From the human T2T-CHM13v2.0 reference genome, Homo sapiens, in NCBI RefSeq assembly GCF_009914755.1, contig NC_060926.1: 64,000 nucleotides of DNA; one strand, written 5' to 3'. Shown here piece by piece: positions 36,429 through 54,750 of the stretch. The notes beneath the pieces are model-generated. The model worked only from the letters and a program-made list of their open reading frames with translations, made no database searches and had not been told where the DNA came from. A program made the position numbers and the translations under genes. Position 1 is the stretch's first letter, and each line of letters begins with the position of its first letter.

Positions 36429-37934
36429 ATTCTTAATAATAGAACTGGCAAAATATTTGAGTGTCCACTAGATGAGTATCAGACCTAGTCCTTACCCTTA
36501 GGGGGATGCAGTCCTGGTTGTTATCCAGGATACACACCTGTCAGTATAAGGCAGAAGATGCCTAAGGGCCAAGATGGTTTGCCTCGGAGGAGAATGGAAG
36601 AGAGAGATTGCTGACTGGACATTCAGATGCAAGACTGGGTCCTGCTTAAATCCCAGGATTCTGCTGGAGGGAGCTGATAGTGATACTTGTCCCTTCTGTA
36701 CATTGCTTCATGTAGCCTTCTCAGCATCCCTAGGAGAAACTTACTATTGTGACTCTCATGTTGGAGGAGGAAACGGACACCCAAGGTAGAGGAACTTGCA
36801 AAAGGGCAGCCGGCAAACTGTCAGGGGTGGCCTGAGCCTGGCAATCTGCCTCCAGAGTCTGCTCTCGGCCATTGTGCTATGTGCTACCTGGATAGGTCAT
36901 ACAGGCTCAGCAGTGGGTGGAGAGCAGTGCTCAGATTTGTCCATCTCCACAGAATGCAGCACACACACAAATGTACAAGTTCTTCCCCTAACCTCAGAGG
37001 AATAGGGGAATTAACTTTGCTTGCAATTTGGAACAATATTATAGATGTTGATCCAAGTAGTTCTGTTACTGGCTGGTCCTGGATCTCTGCCAGAACACCC
37101 GTCATCATTGACTGGCTAAATAGAGATCTTGGATATAGGCCAGAAGCAGTGAAGTATATAATTGGAAATTGCTCCTGATAATAACTTCCTTCTTAGCCAA
37201 AAACCACACAAAACAAAAATAATCCCCTCCCCACAGGAATATGCTTTCCAAATTGTGTCCAAAACATTACCTGCTCTGTTATATTGAGAAGGTTAGAGAC
37301 TTCAGAGCATGCTTAGAAAAAGCAGTGGTGCCACAGGTGAGACTCCACACTCTGTCTTGCTGGGGCTGAAGCCTCCATCACTTTCCCAGGCCAGGTTAGT
37401 GCTGGGCTTCTTGCTTTCCTTCTATTCCTGAGAGTAGAACTGGCTAAGCCCATTCCTTCCCTCAGTCAGCCCCACTTCTCTATAGTGGGTTCTGGGGGTG
37501 GGGGGCTGAATTACCAGTAAAACTAGAAAGATTGGGACCAAGTGCAGTGGCCCACACCTGTAAATCCTAGCGCTTTGAAAGGAAGAGGCAGGAGGATTGC
37601 TTGAAGTCAGGAGTTCAAGACCAGCCTGGGCAAAATAGAACCCCATCTTTAAAAAAAAAGTTTAAAAATTAGCCAGGTACGGAGGTGTGTGCCTGTAATC
37701 CCAGCTACTCAGAAGGCTGAGGTGGGATAATCACTTGAGCCCAGGAGTTTGAGGCTGCAGTGAGCTGTGATCACACTACTGCATTCCAGCCAGGACAACA
37801 GAGTGAGATCCTATCTCTTAAACAAAAAAAAAAACTGGCGAGTTCAATACCAACTTCTACAATGAAATCCCCTTCCCCCCACAACCCTGCTTCTCCTAAG
37901 TTTCCCTCATTACATGGTTGCTGTGGGCTATGTG

Positions 37935-38275
37935 TGCTGTGGTCTGAATGTTTGTGTCTAAAATTCACATGTTGGTATTAAGAGATAGGGCCTTTGGGAG
38001 GTGATTAGGTTATGAGGGCAGATCCCTCGTGAATGGGATTAGTGCTCTTATAAAAGAGGCCTGAGGAAGCTTGTTCGTTCCTCTTGCCCTTCTGCCATGT
38101 AAGGATGCAATGAGAAGGCACCATCTGTGAGCAAGGAGCCCCTCACCAGACAGCAAATCTGCCGGCGTCTTGATCTTGGACTTCTCAGCCTCTAGAACTG
38201 TGAACAATAAATCTATTGTTTATAAATTAAGCAGTCTAAGTCATTTTGTTATAGCAGACAAATTGACTAAGACAG
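37935..38275 (+). mobile_element. MLT1A-like MaLR LTR inside the putative extended 3'UTR
   Basis: tgctgtggtctgaatgtttgtgtc...gaactgtgaacaataaatct...gactaagaca. Confidence 0.75.
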
Positions 38276-38856
38276 TGGGTATGCAAGATAAGTTTATTTT
38301 ATATAAAATACTTTGGGAAGTAGGTGTTCTAGGACTGGTGTGACAGTTCCATGAAATTATGAGAGACCGGGGATCCTTCCAGCTCATCCTTCTGTTTCAG
38401 TGTGGCTGCTGGAATCCAGCCATCACATCCATAGTCTAAGCAGCAGGACGAAGGACTGGGGGAAAAGAGAACTGCTGCTCCCTGTTAAATCAGTTTCCTG
38501 GGGGTCGATATGAATATTTGCCACCTCAGGGTGCCACAAAGGTCCCCACCAGCAAGAAGGCTCCCACCAGATATGGACTCAACCTGGGACTTTTCAGCCT
38601 CCATAACTGTAATAAATTCCTTTGTCAGTTACCCAGTTTCAGGTATTCTGTTATAGGTAACAGAAAACAAACTAATACAAGTGGTAATGTGTCCAGCTAA
38701 AAATTTGGGTTCTGTTAAGGTTAAAAGAAAATTTGAGGTAGCCAGCAGTATCTGCCTCAGATGCTGAGAAGCCTCCTGAGATAAGAGCGTATACCATGTC
38801 CATAACTGAAGTTTTAACATTCTCTGCCAAACAGAACCAGAATTTAAGGGCAGGAG

Positions 38857-38958
38857 AATTTGCAAGATAGAATTTGCAATTTGCAAGAGGGAATTGCAAT
38901 TTGCAAGAGAGGGGCAATTTGCAATTTGCAAGAGAGGGCAATTTGCAAGAGAGAATTG
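38857..38958. repeat. Degenerate tandem array of (AAT)TTGCAA units
   Basis: 8 TTGCAA copies in ~90 bp. Confidence 0.9.
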
Positions 38959-39409
38959 TGGGGCCCTGAGAGAGAATACATCCAAAGGAAGAGGGAACCA
39001 GGCATTACAAATTGAATTGAACAAGGACAGATATCTGAAGGGGGTTTGTAGTTCCCAGTAAAGTATGGTACAGCTAGGTGCACTTCCCTGGCCAGACCAC
39101 CCTACAGTGTATGATCCCCCTGGGGAGCAAAAGGCTGCAGGTAACACTTTGGTGCCCTAGAAATTCTGCTGTGGTGCAACTATAGTGGATCACAGGCAGA
39201 GTGGGGCATTGTTCCCCTTCTTAGCACAGGATACTGGGTCATTTCAACACCACAAGGATTTGCAGCATCTGCGGCAACGAGTTTGGTGTCCTGGAGCAAG
39301 GAAAGGAACCGTTCATGGTGGCTGAAGCCAAGCTGCTCAGCACTGAGGCAGCAAGCCATGATCTAGGTCTTCGAGTAGAATTCTCAGTTTTGGTTCATTT
39401 AAAAATGTT

Positions 39410-39951
<542 letters not shown>

Positions 39952-41039
39952 TGATCTGCCCGCCTTGGCCTCCCAAAGTGCTGGGATTACAGGCTGCCTT
40001 CATTTTTGAAGGACAGCTTTACTGGATGTAGAATGCTTGGTTGATAGGTTTTTCCTTTGGCATTTGACTGTCTTCCAATGTCTTCTGGCTTCCATAGTTT
40101 CTGAAGAAAGGTAGGCATATACTCGTCACTATTCCTTTGTATGTAATTGCTGTTTTTTTTTTTCCCAGACTGCTTTCAAGATCTTTTCTATATCTTTGGC
40201 TTTCATCAGTTTAACTATCACATATCTAGGGGTAATTCTCTTTGTGTTTATTTACTTAGGATTTCTTGGGCTTCTTAGATCAGAAAATTAATACAGTGAG
40301 TTCCCATGGTAGCCATGTTCTATAAAGTCTCCGCAAGCACAGAATTAGCAAATGCTGAACCATTGCTCCTAGGTGAGATACAGGGTTAGCTTCCTGTGAG
40401 CCTCTGGTCAAAACATTTTCATCAACTGGTTAACACATAACCTTGTTTTATGTCTGCTCCTATTTAAAGACATTTAATATATCTTACAAATTAGAGGCAG
40501 TATTTATTAAAATAAAACACTAGCCAAGAAGGATTTAACATTTTCCTGGCCATGGGTAACACGACTGTAAATTTATTTGGCTTCTATCCTCACAAGAGTA
40601 CTGTCCACTTAAAAAAAAAAATCATCTCATGAATCCACAAATTTAGCTGCTTTTTCATTCCATTCCATAGCTACCTCATACACTGTAGATGTCATAATAC
40701 TTTAGCATTTTCTGGAATGGCTTCATGTAGTATAGATTGGCAAATTTCCTCCTTTGTACTGTACTGTTGGTTCATTAACATTGAACTCATAGCTAACAGC
40801 ACTTTGAATCATGCCTGAATGAAGCCTATGTAACACACCTTTCATCACAACCTTCTTGCACTTAGCAGTACTTAAATGGGTGATCTACCCACCTCAGCCT
40901 CCCAAAGTGCTGGGATTACAGGCGTGAGCCACTGCTCCCAGCCTGGACTACTTCATATTACCCCACAGATCTTGGAGTTTCTATTTTTGCATATATGTGA
41001 CAACTTTATTGAGATATTATTCATATATCATACAGTTCA

Positions 41040-41315
<276 letters not shown>

Positions 41316-41397
41316 TCATTTGAGCCCAGGAGGTCAAGGCTGCAGTGAGCCATGGCTGCACCACTACACTCCAGCCTGGGTGACATAGCGACGGACC

Positions 41398-42036
41398 TCA
41401 TCTCAAAAAACAAACACCAAAATGTGAAAAATATGGCACTAAAGAGACCCCAAAAGGCCACTTGTTTGCAGTATGAAAGCTGAAACAAGAAGGCAGAGTG
41501 TCACCTTGTTCAGCCTCAGATGGGAATATGTGCGTTGGGCAACTCAAAGTTCTTGCCACTCTACGTACATTCACAAATATCTGGGATTGCCAGCCAAGAT
41601 GGCCGAATAGGAACAGCTCTGGTTTACAGCTCCCAGCATGAGCGACGCAGAAGACGGGTGATTTCTGCATTTCCATCTGAGGTACCAGGTTCATCTCACT
41701 AGGGAGTACCAGACAGTGGGTGCAGGACAGTGGGTGCAGCGCACCGTGCGCAAGACGAAGCAGGGCGAGGCATTGCCTCACTCGGGAAGCGCAAGGGGTC
41801 GGGGAGTTCCCTTTCCTAGTCAAAGAAAGGGGTGACAGACAGCACCTGGAAAATCGGGTCACTCCCACCCTAATACTGCACTTTTCCGACGGGCTTAAAA
41901 AACGGCGCACCAGGAGATTATATCCCGCACCTGGCTTGGAGGGTCCTATGCCCACGGAGTCCCCCTGATTGCTAGCACAGCAGTCTGAGATCAAACTGCA
42001 AGGTGGCAGCAAGGCTGAGGGAGGGGCGCCCACCAT
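41398..42036 (-). CDS. L1 antisense ORF0, extended to 212 codons
   Basis: MVGAPPSALLPPCSLISDCCASNQGDSVG... matches the primate L1 ORF0 N-terminus; ATG in gcaATGG context; frame open to 41398. Expression is not shown. Confidence 0.5.
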   Translation of the reverse strand: MVGAPPSALLPPCSLISDCCASNQGDSVGIGPSKPGAGYNLLVRRFLSPSEKCSIRVGVTRFSRCCLSPLSLTRKGNSPTPCASRVRQCLALLRLAHGALHPLSCTHCLVLPSEMNLVPQMEMQKSPVFCVAHAGSCKPELFLFGHLGWQSQIFVNVRRVARTLSCPTHIFPSEAEQGDTLPSCFSFHTANKWPFGVSLVPYFSHFGVCFLR

Positions 42037-42615
42037 TGCCCAGGCTTGCTTAGGTAAACAAAGCAGCCGGGAAGCTCGAAATGGGTGGAGCCCACCACAG
42101 CTCAAGGAGGCCTGCCTGCCTCTGTAGGCTCCACCTCTGGGGGCAGGGCACAGACAAAGAGACAGCAGTAACCTCTGCAGACTTAAATGTCCCTGTCTGA
42201 CAGCTTTGAAGAGAGCAGTGGTTCTCCCAGCATGCAGCTGGAGATCTGAGAACGGGCAGACTGCCTCCTCAAGTGGGTCCCTGACCCCTGACCCCCGAGC
42301 AGCCTAACCGGGAAGCACCCCCCAGTAGGGGCAGACTGACACCTCACACGGCTGGGTACTCCTCTGAGACAAAAATTCCAGAAGAACGATCACACAGCAG
42401 CATTCGAGGTTCATGAAAATCCGCTGTTCTGCAGCCACCGCTGCTGATACCCAGGCAAACAGGGTCTGGAGGGGACCTCTAGCAAACTCCAACAGACCTG
42501 CAGCTGAGGGTCCTGTCTGTTAGAAGGAAAACTAACAAGCAGAAAGGACATCCACACCAAAAACCCATCTGTACATCACCATCATCAAAGACCAAAAGTA
42601 GATAAAAACACAAAG
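41584..42615. promoter_or_regulatory. L1 5'UTR with sense and antisense internal promoters, retaining the ~129-bp segment (about 42363-42490)
   Basis: 5'UTR is ~1030 nt versus ~910 in L1HS; extra block lies between GGGTACTCC and AACAGACCTGCAGC. Confidence 0.75.
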
Positions 42616-43632
42616 ATGGGGAAGAAACAGAGCAGAAAAACTGGAAACTCTAAAAAGCAGAATGCCTCTCCTCCTCCAAAGGAATGCAGTTCCTCACCAG
42701 CAACGGAACAAAGCTGGATGGAGAATGACTTTGATGAGTTGAGAGAAGAAGGCTTCAGACGATCAAACTACTCCGAGCTACAGGAGGAAATTCAAACCAA
42801 AGGCGAAGAAGTTAAAAACTTTGAAAAAAATTTAGACGAATGTATAACTAGAATAACCACTACAGAGAAGTGCTTAAAGGCGCTGATGGAGCTGAAAGCC
42901 AAGGCTCGAGAACTACGTGAAGAATGCAGAAGCCTCAGGAGCCAATGCGATCAACTGGAAGAAAGGGTATCAGTGATGGAAGATCAAATGAATGAAATGA
43001 AGCGAGAAGGGAAGTTGAGAGAAAAAAGAATAAAAAGAAACAAACAAAGCCTCCAAGAAATATGGGACTATGTGAAAAGACCAAATCTAAGTCTGACTGG
43101 TGTACCTGAAAGTGACGGGGAGAATGGAACCAAGTTGGAAAACACTGTGCAGTATATTATCCAGGAGAACTTCCCCAATCTAGCAAGGCAGGCCAACATT
43201 CAGATTCAGGAAATACGGAGAACACCACAAAGATACTCCTCGAGAAGAGCAACTCCAAGAAACATAATTGTCAGATTCACCAAAGTTGAAATGAAGGAAA
43301 AAATGTTAAGGGCAGCCAGAGAGAAAGGTCGGGTTACCCACAAAGGGAGGCCCATCAGACTAATAGCAGATCTCTCAGCAGAAAATCTACAAGCCAGAAG
43401 AGAGTGGGGGCCAATATTCAACATTCTTAAAGAAAAGAATTTTCAGCCCAGAATTTCATATCCTGCCAAACTAAGCTTCATAAGTGAAGGAGAAATAAAA
43501 TACTTTACAGACAAGCAAATGCTGAGAGATTTTGTCACCACCAGGCCTGCCCTAAAAGAGCTCCTGAAGGAAGCGCTAAACATGGAAAGGAACAACCGGT
43601 ACCAGCCACTGCAAAATCATGCCAAAATGTAA
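42616..43632 (+). CDS. L1 ORF1p (RNA-binding chaperone), intact 338 aa
   Basis: MGKKQSRKTGNSK...NHAKM; REKG, ARR and YPAKLS motifs present. Confidence 0.93.
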   Translation: MGKKQSRKTGNSKKQNASPPPKECSSSPATEQSWMENDFDELREEGFRRSNYSELQEEIQTKGEEVKNFEKNLDECITRITTTEKCLKALMELKAKARELREECRSLRSQCDQLEERVSVMEDQMNEMKREGKLREKRIKRNKQSLQEIWDYVKRPNLSLTGVPESDGENGTKLENTVQYIIQENFPNLARQANIQIQEIRRTPQRYSSRRATPRNIIVRFTKVEMKEKMLRAAREKGRVTHKGRPIRLIADLSAENLQARREWGPIFNILKEKNFQPRISYPAKLSFISEGEIKYFTDKQMLRDFVTTRPALKELLKEALNMERNNRYQPLQNHAKM

Positions 43633-43680
43633 AGACCATCAAAGCTAGGAAGAAACTGCATCAACTAACGAGCAAAATAA

Positions 43681-47523
<3,843 letters not shown>

Positions 47524-47784
47524 ACAATGAGAACACATGGACACAGGAAGGGGAACATCACACTCTGGGGACTGTTGTGGGGTGGGGGAAGGGGGGAGGG
47601 ATAGCATTAGGAGATATACCTAATGCTAAATGACGAGTTAATGGGTGCAGCACACCAGCATGGCACATGTATATATATGTAACTAACCTGCACATTGTGC
47701 ACATGTACCCTAAAACTTAAAGTATAATAATAATAAAAAAAATCTGAAATGGCTGTGAATTCATTTGGGGGTTACAAATTTTAG

Positions 47785-48348
<564 letters not shown>

Positions 48349-48432
48349 TAAAGTATATGATTCTGTGGTTTTTAGTATATTCACAGGGTTATGCAACTAC
48401 CACCAACTATCACCAAAATTATTTTTTTTTAA

Positions 48433-48798
<366 letters not shown>

Positions 48799-49134
48799 TG
48801 ATCCACCCGCCTCAGCCTCCCAAAGTGCCGGGATTACAGGTGTGAGCCACTGCGCCTGGCCCCAAATCAATTTTAGAACATGTTCATCACCCCCTACAAG
48901 AAACTTTGTATCCCCTGGCCCCCTTCTCCTCATACATAGGCAACCATTAACCTACTTTCTGTCTCTAGAGATTTGCCTCATCTGGACATTTCATTAAATG
49001 GAATCGTAATACAATATGTGATATTTTGTGGCTAGCTTCTTTCACTTAGCATAACGTTTTCAAGATTCATCCATGTTGTAGCACGTTTTGGTACTTCATT
49101 CCTTTTTATGACCAAATAGTACAACATCTTGTGG

Positions 49135-49558
49135 TGCTGTAGTTTGGATAGAGACTGTTTGGCCCCACTGTGTCTCATGTTGAAATTTGATCCCTGGTGT
49201 TGGAGGTGGGGCCTGGTGGGAGGTGTTTGGATCATGGGGTCAGATTCCTCATGAATGGCTTGGTGCCATCATTGCAGTAATTAGTGAGTTAGTTGCCATG
49301 AGAGCTGGTTGTTAAAAGAGCCTGGTACCTCCCTCCTCTCTCTCTCTTGCTTCTGTGCTCTCGCCATGTGATCTCTGCAGTCACCAGCTCCCCTTCACCT
49401 TCTGGCATGAGTGGAAGCACCCTGAGGCCTCGCAAGCAGCAGATGCTGGTGCCATGCTTTCTTTACAGCCGGCAGAAATGTGGGCCAAGTAAACCTCTTT
49501 CCTTTATAAGTTACCCAGCCTCAGGTGTTCCTTTATAGCAACACAAATGACTGAGATA
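49135..49558 (+). mobile_element. MST-type MaLR LTR
   Basis: tgctgtagtttggata...ctcatgttgaaatttgatcc...cctttatagcaacacaaatgactgaga. Confidence 0.75.
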
Positions 49559-50047
49559 TATGGATAGACCACATTTTGTTTATCTGTTCATTAGTTGCTG
49601 AACTTGAGTTGTTTCTACTTTTTGGCTATTGCAAATAATGTGGTATAAAATTAATGCACAAATTATGTGGATTTTTTTTCAATTCGTTTGTATACATAAT
49701 TAGGAATGGAATGTTCAGGTCATATGTAACTAAGTTTAATCTTCTGAAGAATTGCTAGCTATTTTTGAAAGCAGCTGCCCCATTTTACATTCCTACCAGA
49801 AGTTCCCATTTCTCCACATCCTTGCCAATACTTGCTACTGTCCACATTTTTTTTTTTATTATGGCCATCCTAGTGGGTGTGAAGTGTCATCTCATTACAG
49901 TTTTGATATGCATTTCCCTGAAGACTAATATATACTCATTTTTCTTTAATCTTTTTCTTTCTGTTGTTCAGATTAGATAATTTCCATCAACTTCTCTTCA
50001 AGTTCACCAGTTCCTTTCTCTGCCATCTTCAATCTGCTCTTGAGCTC

Positions 50048-50755
50048 TGATATTGTTTGAATGTTTGTGTCCCCAGCAAAATTCATATGTTCAAACCTAA
50101 TCCCCAGTGCAATAGCATTAAGAGGTGGGGACTTGGCCAGGTGCAGTGTGGCTCACACCTATAATCCCAGCACTTTGGGAGGCTGAGGTGGGCGGATCAC
50201 GAGGTCAGGAGATCAAGATCATCTTGGCTAACACAGTGAAACCCTGTCTCTACTAAAAATACAAAAAAAAAAAAAAAAAATTAGCCAGGCATGGTGGCGG
50301 GCACCTGTAGTCCCAGCTACTCGGGAGGCTGAGGCAGGAGAATGGTGTGAACCTGGAGGCAGAGCTTGCAGTAAGCCAAGATTGCACCACTGCACTCCAG
50401 CCTGGGTGACAAAGCGAGACTCTGTCTCAAAAAAAGAAAAAAAAAAAAAAAGAGGTGGGGACTTTAGGCAGTATTTAGGTCATAAGGGTGGAGCCCTCAT
50501 GAATGGATTCAAGGCCCTTATAAAAGAGGCCTGAGGGAGCTTGTTTGCCCCTTCCACCATGTGAGGTCGCAGCAAGAAGGAACAATCTATGAAGTAGAGA
50601 GTGGGCCCTCACCAGACACCCAATCTGCTGGTGCCTTGCTCTCAGACTTCTTAGCCTCTAGAACTGCAATACATTCTACTGCAATACATGTCTGTTCTTT
50701 AGAAGCTTACCCAGTCTATAGAATTTGGTTACAGCAACCCAAACAGAATGAGACA
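50048..50755 (+). mobile_element. MLT1A-like LTR interrupted by Alu 50135-50452
   Basis: tgatattgtttgaatgtttgtgtcccc...; Alu TSD aagaggtggggactt. Confidence 0.75.
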
Positions 50756-50858
50756 AGCCTATATAGCACAATTTTTATTTCAATTACATAGTTTTCAGCT
50801 ATAGGATTTCCTTTTTTTTTTTTTTAGATAGAGTCTTGCTCTGTTGCCCAGGTTGTAG

Positions 50859-51149
<291 letters not shown>

Positions 51150-51275
51150 TAGGTTGGAGTGCAATGGTGTGACCATAGCTCATCAAACTCCTGGGCCCAA
51201 GCAATACTCCTGCCTCAGTCTCCCTAGGAGCTACAGGAAGTAGGATTACAGGCATGTGCCACCACACCTGGCTAA

Positions 51276-51660
<385 letters not shown>

Positions 51661-51767
51661 TGATCTGCTCACCTCAGCCTCCCAAAGTGCTGGGATTACA
51701 TTTTTATTTATTTTTTATTTTATTTATTTATTTATTCTATTTTTTTTTTTTTTTTTTTTTTTTTTGA

Positions 51768-51872
<105 letters not shown>

Positions 51873-53859
51873 TAGCTGGGACTACAGGCGCCCGCCACCG
51901 CGCCCGGCTAATTTTTTTTTGTATTTTTAGTAGAGACAGGGTTTCACCGTGGTCTCGATCTCCTGACCTCATCATCCGCCCGCCTCGGCCTCCCAAAGTG
52001 CTGGGACTACAAGCATGAGCCACCGCGCCCGGCCTTTTTTTTATTGTTTTTATTTTTAATTTGAGATTCTCCATTTCTTCATTGATTGTATATTTTCCTT
52101 CAATTATTTAAACATATTTATAATAGCTACTCGGAAGTCTTTGCTAAATCAAACATCTGGGCCCGCATAGCATCAATTTCTATTTGCCCCTTTTCCTGAA
52201 TAGAGATCACATATTCCTGTTTCTTTGCATGTTTAGTAACTTTTGGTTGAACATTGGATATTGTAGATACAATGTTATAGTGACTTTGGATTCTGTCATG
52301 TTCTTCTAAAGATGCTTGGATTTTTATTCCAGTAAGCAGTTAATTGTCTGGATTCAATCTGCAAACTTCACATCCCTCACAGTGTAGTTATTGATATCTG
52401 TTCTTTTTGTGACCCGCTATTGCTTTAAGCCTGATCCCACAGGTCTTTCCTCTGCCTGCCAGATTTGGTGGCTAGCCAAGTATTTGGGCAGACATGGGGT
52501 TCATCGTGGCTGTGACTTCCTTGCTTCTAGGGATTCCCCTAATTTCCAGCCGCTCTGCCTGCTGTGTGCTCTGTCCTTAACTTCAGCTTTTTGAAACCCA
52601 AGATGCATGTGTTTGAGGCAAGGAGCATCAGACCCACAGCCCTTGTTCTGCATAGCTGTCTTTCAAGAGAAGACTCTTTCACCAGGCCCTGAGGGGTTTG
52701 CTTCACGTAGGCACAGCTGAACTGTCAGTGGAGCAAAGCAGCTCATGCCCAGAACTGTCTTGTTGTTTGCTTGTTTTGATTTTAGTTTTAGTTTAAAACT
52801 CTTCTGAGGCAGGGTGTGGTGGCTCAGGCCTGTAATCCCAGCACTTTGGGAGGCCGAGGCAGTAGGATCACTTAAGCCCAAGAATTTGAGACCAGCCTAG
52901 GCAACAGTGAGACCCTGTCTCTGAAAAAAAATCAATCAATCAATACATAAATTTTCCAGGCGTGGTGTCACACGCCTGTGGTCATAGCTACTTGGGAGGC
53001 TGAGGTGGAAGGATGGCTTGAGCCCAGGAGGTCAAGGCTACAGTGAGTTGCAATTGTGCCACTGCACTTCAGCCCGGGCGACAAAGCCAGACCCTGTCTC
53101 AAAAAACAAAAAACAACTATGGCTGAGTGCAGTGGCTTATGCCTGTAATCCCAGCACTTTGGGAGCTTGAGGCCAGAGGATCACTTTGAGGCCAGAGGAT
53201 CACTTGAGCCCAAAAGTTCAAGACCAGCCTGGGCATTGTGGCGAGACCTCATCTCTACAAAAAATACAAAAATTAGCCAGGCATGGTGGCATGGGCCTGT
53301 AGTCCCAGCTACTCAGGAGGCTGAGGTGAGAGGATCACCTAAGCCCAGGAGGTCGAAGCTGCAATGAGCCGTGTTTGCACCAATTCATTCCAGCCTGGGG
53401 CTACAGAGCAAGATCCTGTCTCGAAAAAAATAAAAAATAAATAAAACTCTTCTGGTTTCTGTCTGATTTCCAGTATCTTTAAGTTTGGGGTTTTTGTTTT
53501 GTTTTGTTTTGATTTTTTTTTTTTTTTAATACACAGAGTCTCACTCTGTTGCCCAGGCTGGAGTGCAGTGGCATGATCATAGCTCATTGTAATCTTGAAC
53601 CTCTGGGCTCAAGCGATCTTCCTGCCTCAGCTTTTGGAGTAGCTAGGACAACAGGCACATGCCACTATGCCCAACTTATTAAAAAAAAAAAAAAGAAAGT
53701 TTTGTAGAGATGGAGTCTCTCTATGTTGCCAAGACTGGTCTTGAACTCCCAGCATCAAGGAATCCTTCTGCCTTGGCCTCCTAAAGTGTTAGGATTACAG
53801 GTGTGAGCCACCATACCTGGCCTTTAAGTATTTTTTTTAAATCCAGTATTTTACTGTTT

Positions 53860-54620
53860 TGAAAGCCCCCAGCTAAATTGGGGGTCCGGTACCACAGTGC
53901 CTAGCAACACCGCCCTAACACGAAATAAGCAGGAGCAGGATGTGGGTGTTTACACTGTGCCTTTCGTTACTTCTAACTGTGGACAGCCTGCTGCTTAGTT
54001 GTCTGATCCATGACCAGGTGTCCCTCACTGGGAAACTTGTTTATACTGGCAGACACCTGGTGGCCCTTGTCTGACCCATGTCCTGCCTGCCCATTGCTCT
54101 GATGCTAGGATCCTGACCTTGTGTTCTCCCTGGCATCCCAGGGAAAACTCCGCCTGGGGTAGCCCCTGGTTCTTCAGATGGAGGGCGCAGTACACCATAA
54201 TCAGAAACAAGCTGAAAGATTTATTACTTTCAGATCCTGGGCAGGGAAGGCACAGTGAGTCAGGAGGATGTCTCCTGTCCCTGGCTCACACGAAGCAGGA
54301 ACAAAGGGTCAGGCAGAAAGAGAGAGAGAGAGAGAGAGAAAGAAAGGGAGAGACAGAGAGAGAGGCAGCAACTGACAGTATGTATAAGGAGGCTCATCAG
54401 AGCCCAGGAGTATAGATAAGGAAATAGGATGTGGGTCACCTTAAGTTCATGCACAAATGCCTGAATGGTCCATTAAACAGAAGCAGCAGGAAAAGTGGGG
54501 AGCTGCTAGGTGAGAGAGCTGCTTCTAAGTTCTTACCTCTGGTCACCTGCTTGAACCATTTGGGTGTGTGGTTCTGCTTCTAATGCCTAGGCAGCAACCT
54601 TCGCTGTGTCATTCCCATGA
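53860..54620. mobile_element. Probable ERV LTR with internal (GA)n tract
   Basis: tg...ca-bounded block with LTR-like composition; family not identified. Confidence 0.35.
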
Positions 54621-54697
54621 CATTTATCACTGTTGGTTTGGGGGTTGGCGTGCTCACTTAACTCCTGCCTCTACCAAATGGTCACTCTCCACCAGTT

Positions 54698-54750
54698 GCG
54701 TGTGTGTGTGTGTGTTTGTGTGTGTGTATTAGCCCTTGCATGTGTGTGTA
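54698..54750. repeat. (TG)n microsatellite
   Basis: Directly visible. Confidence 0.9.

Noticed and set aside
38857-38958. Repeat array considered as CRISPR-like or coding (LQIAN repeats in ORF 38629..39147)
   Set aside because: No unique spacers, eukaryotic context; the ORF repeats are a by-product of the DNA repeat
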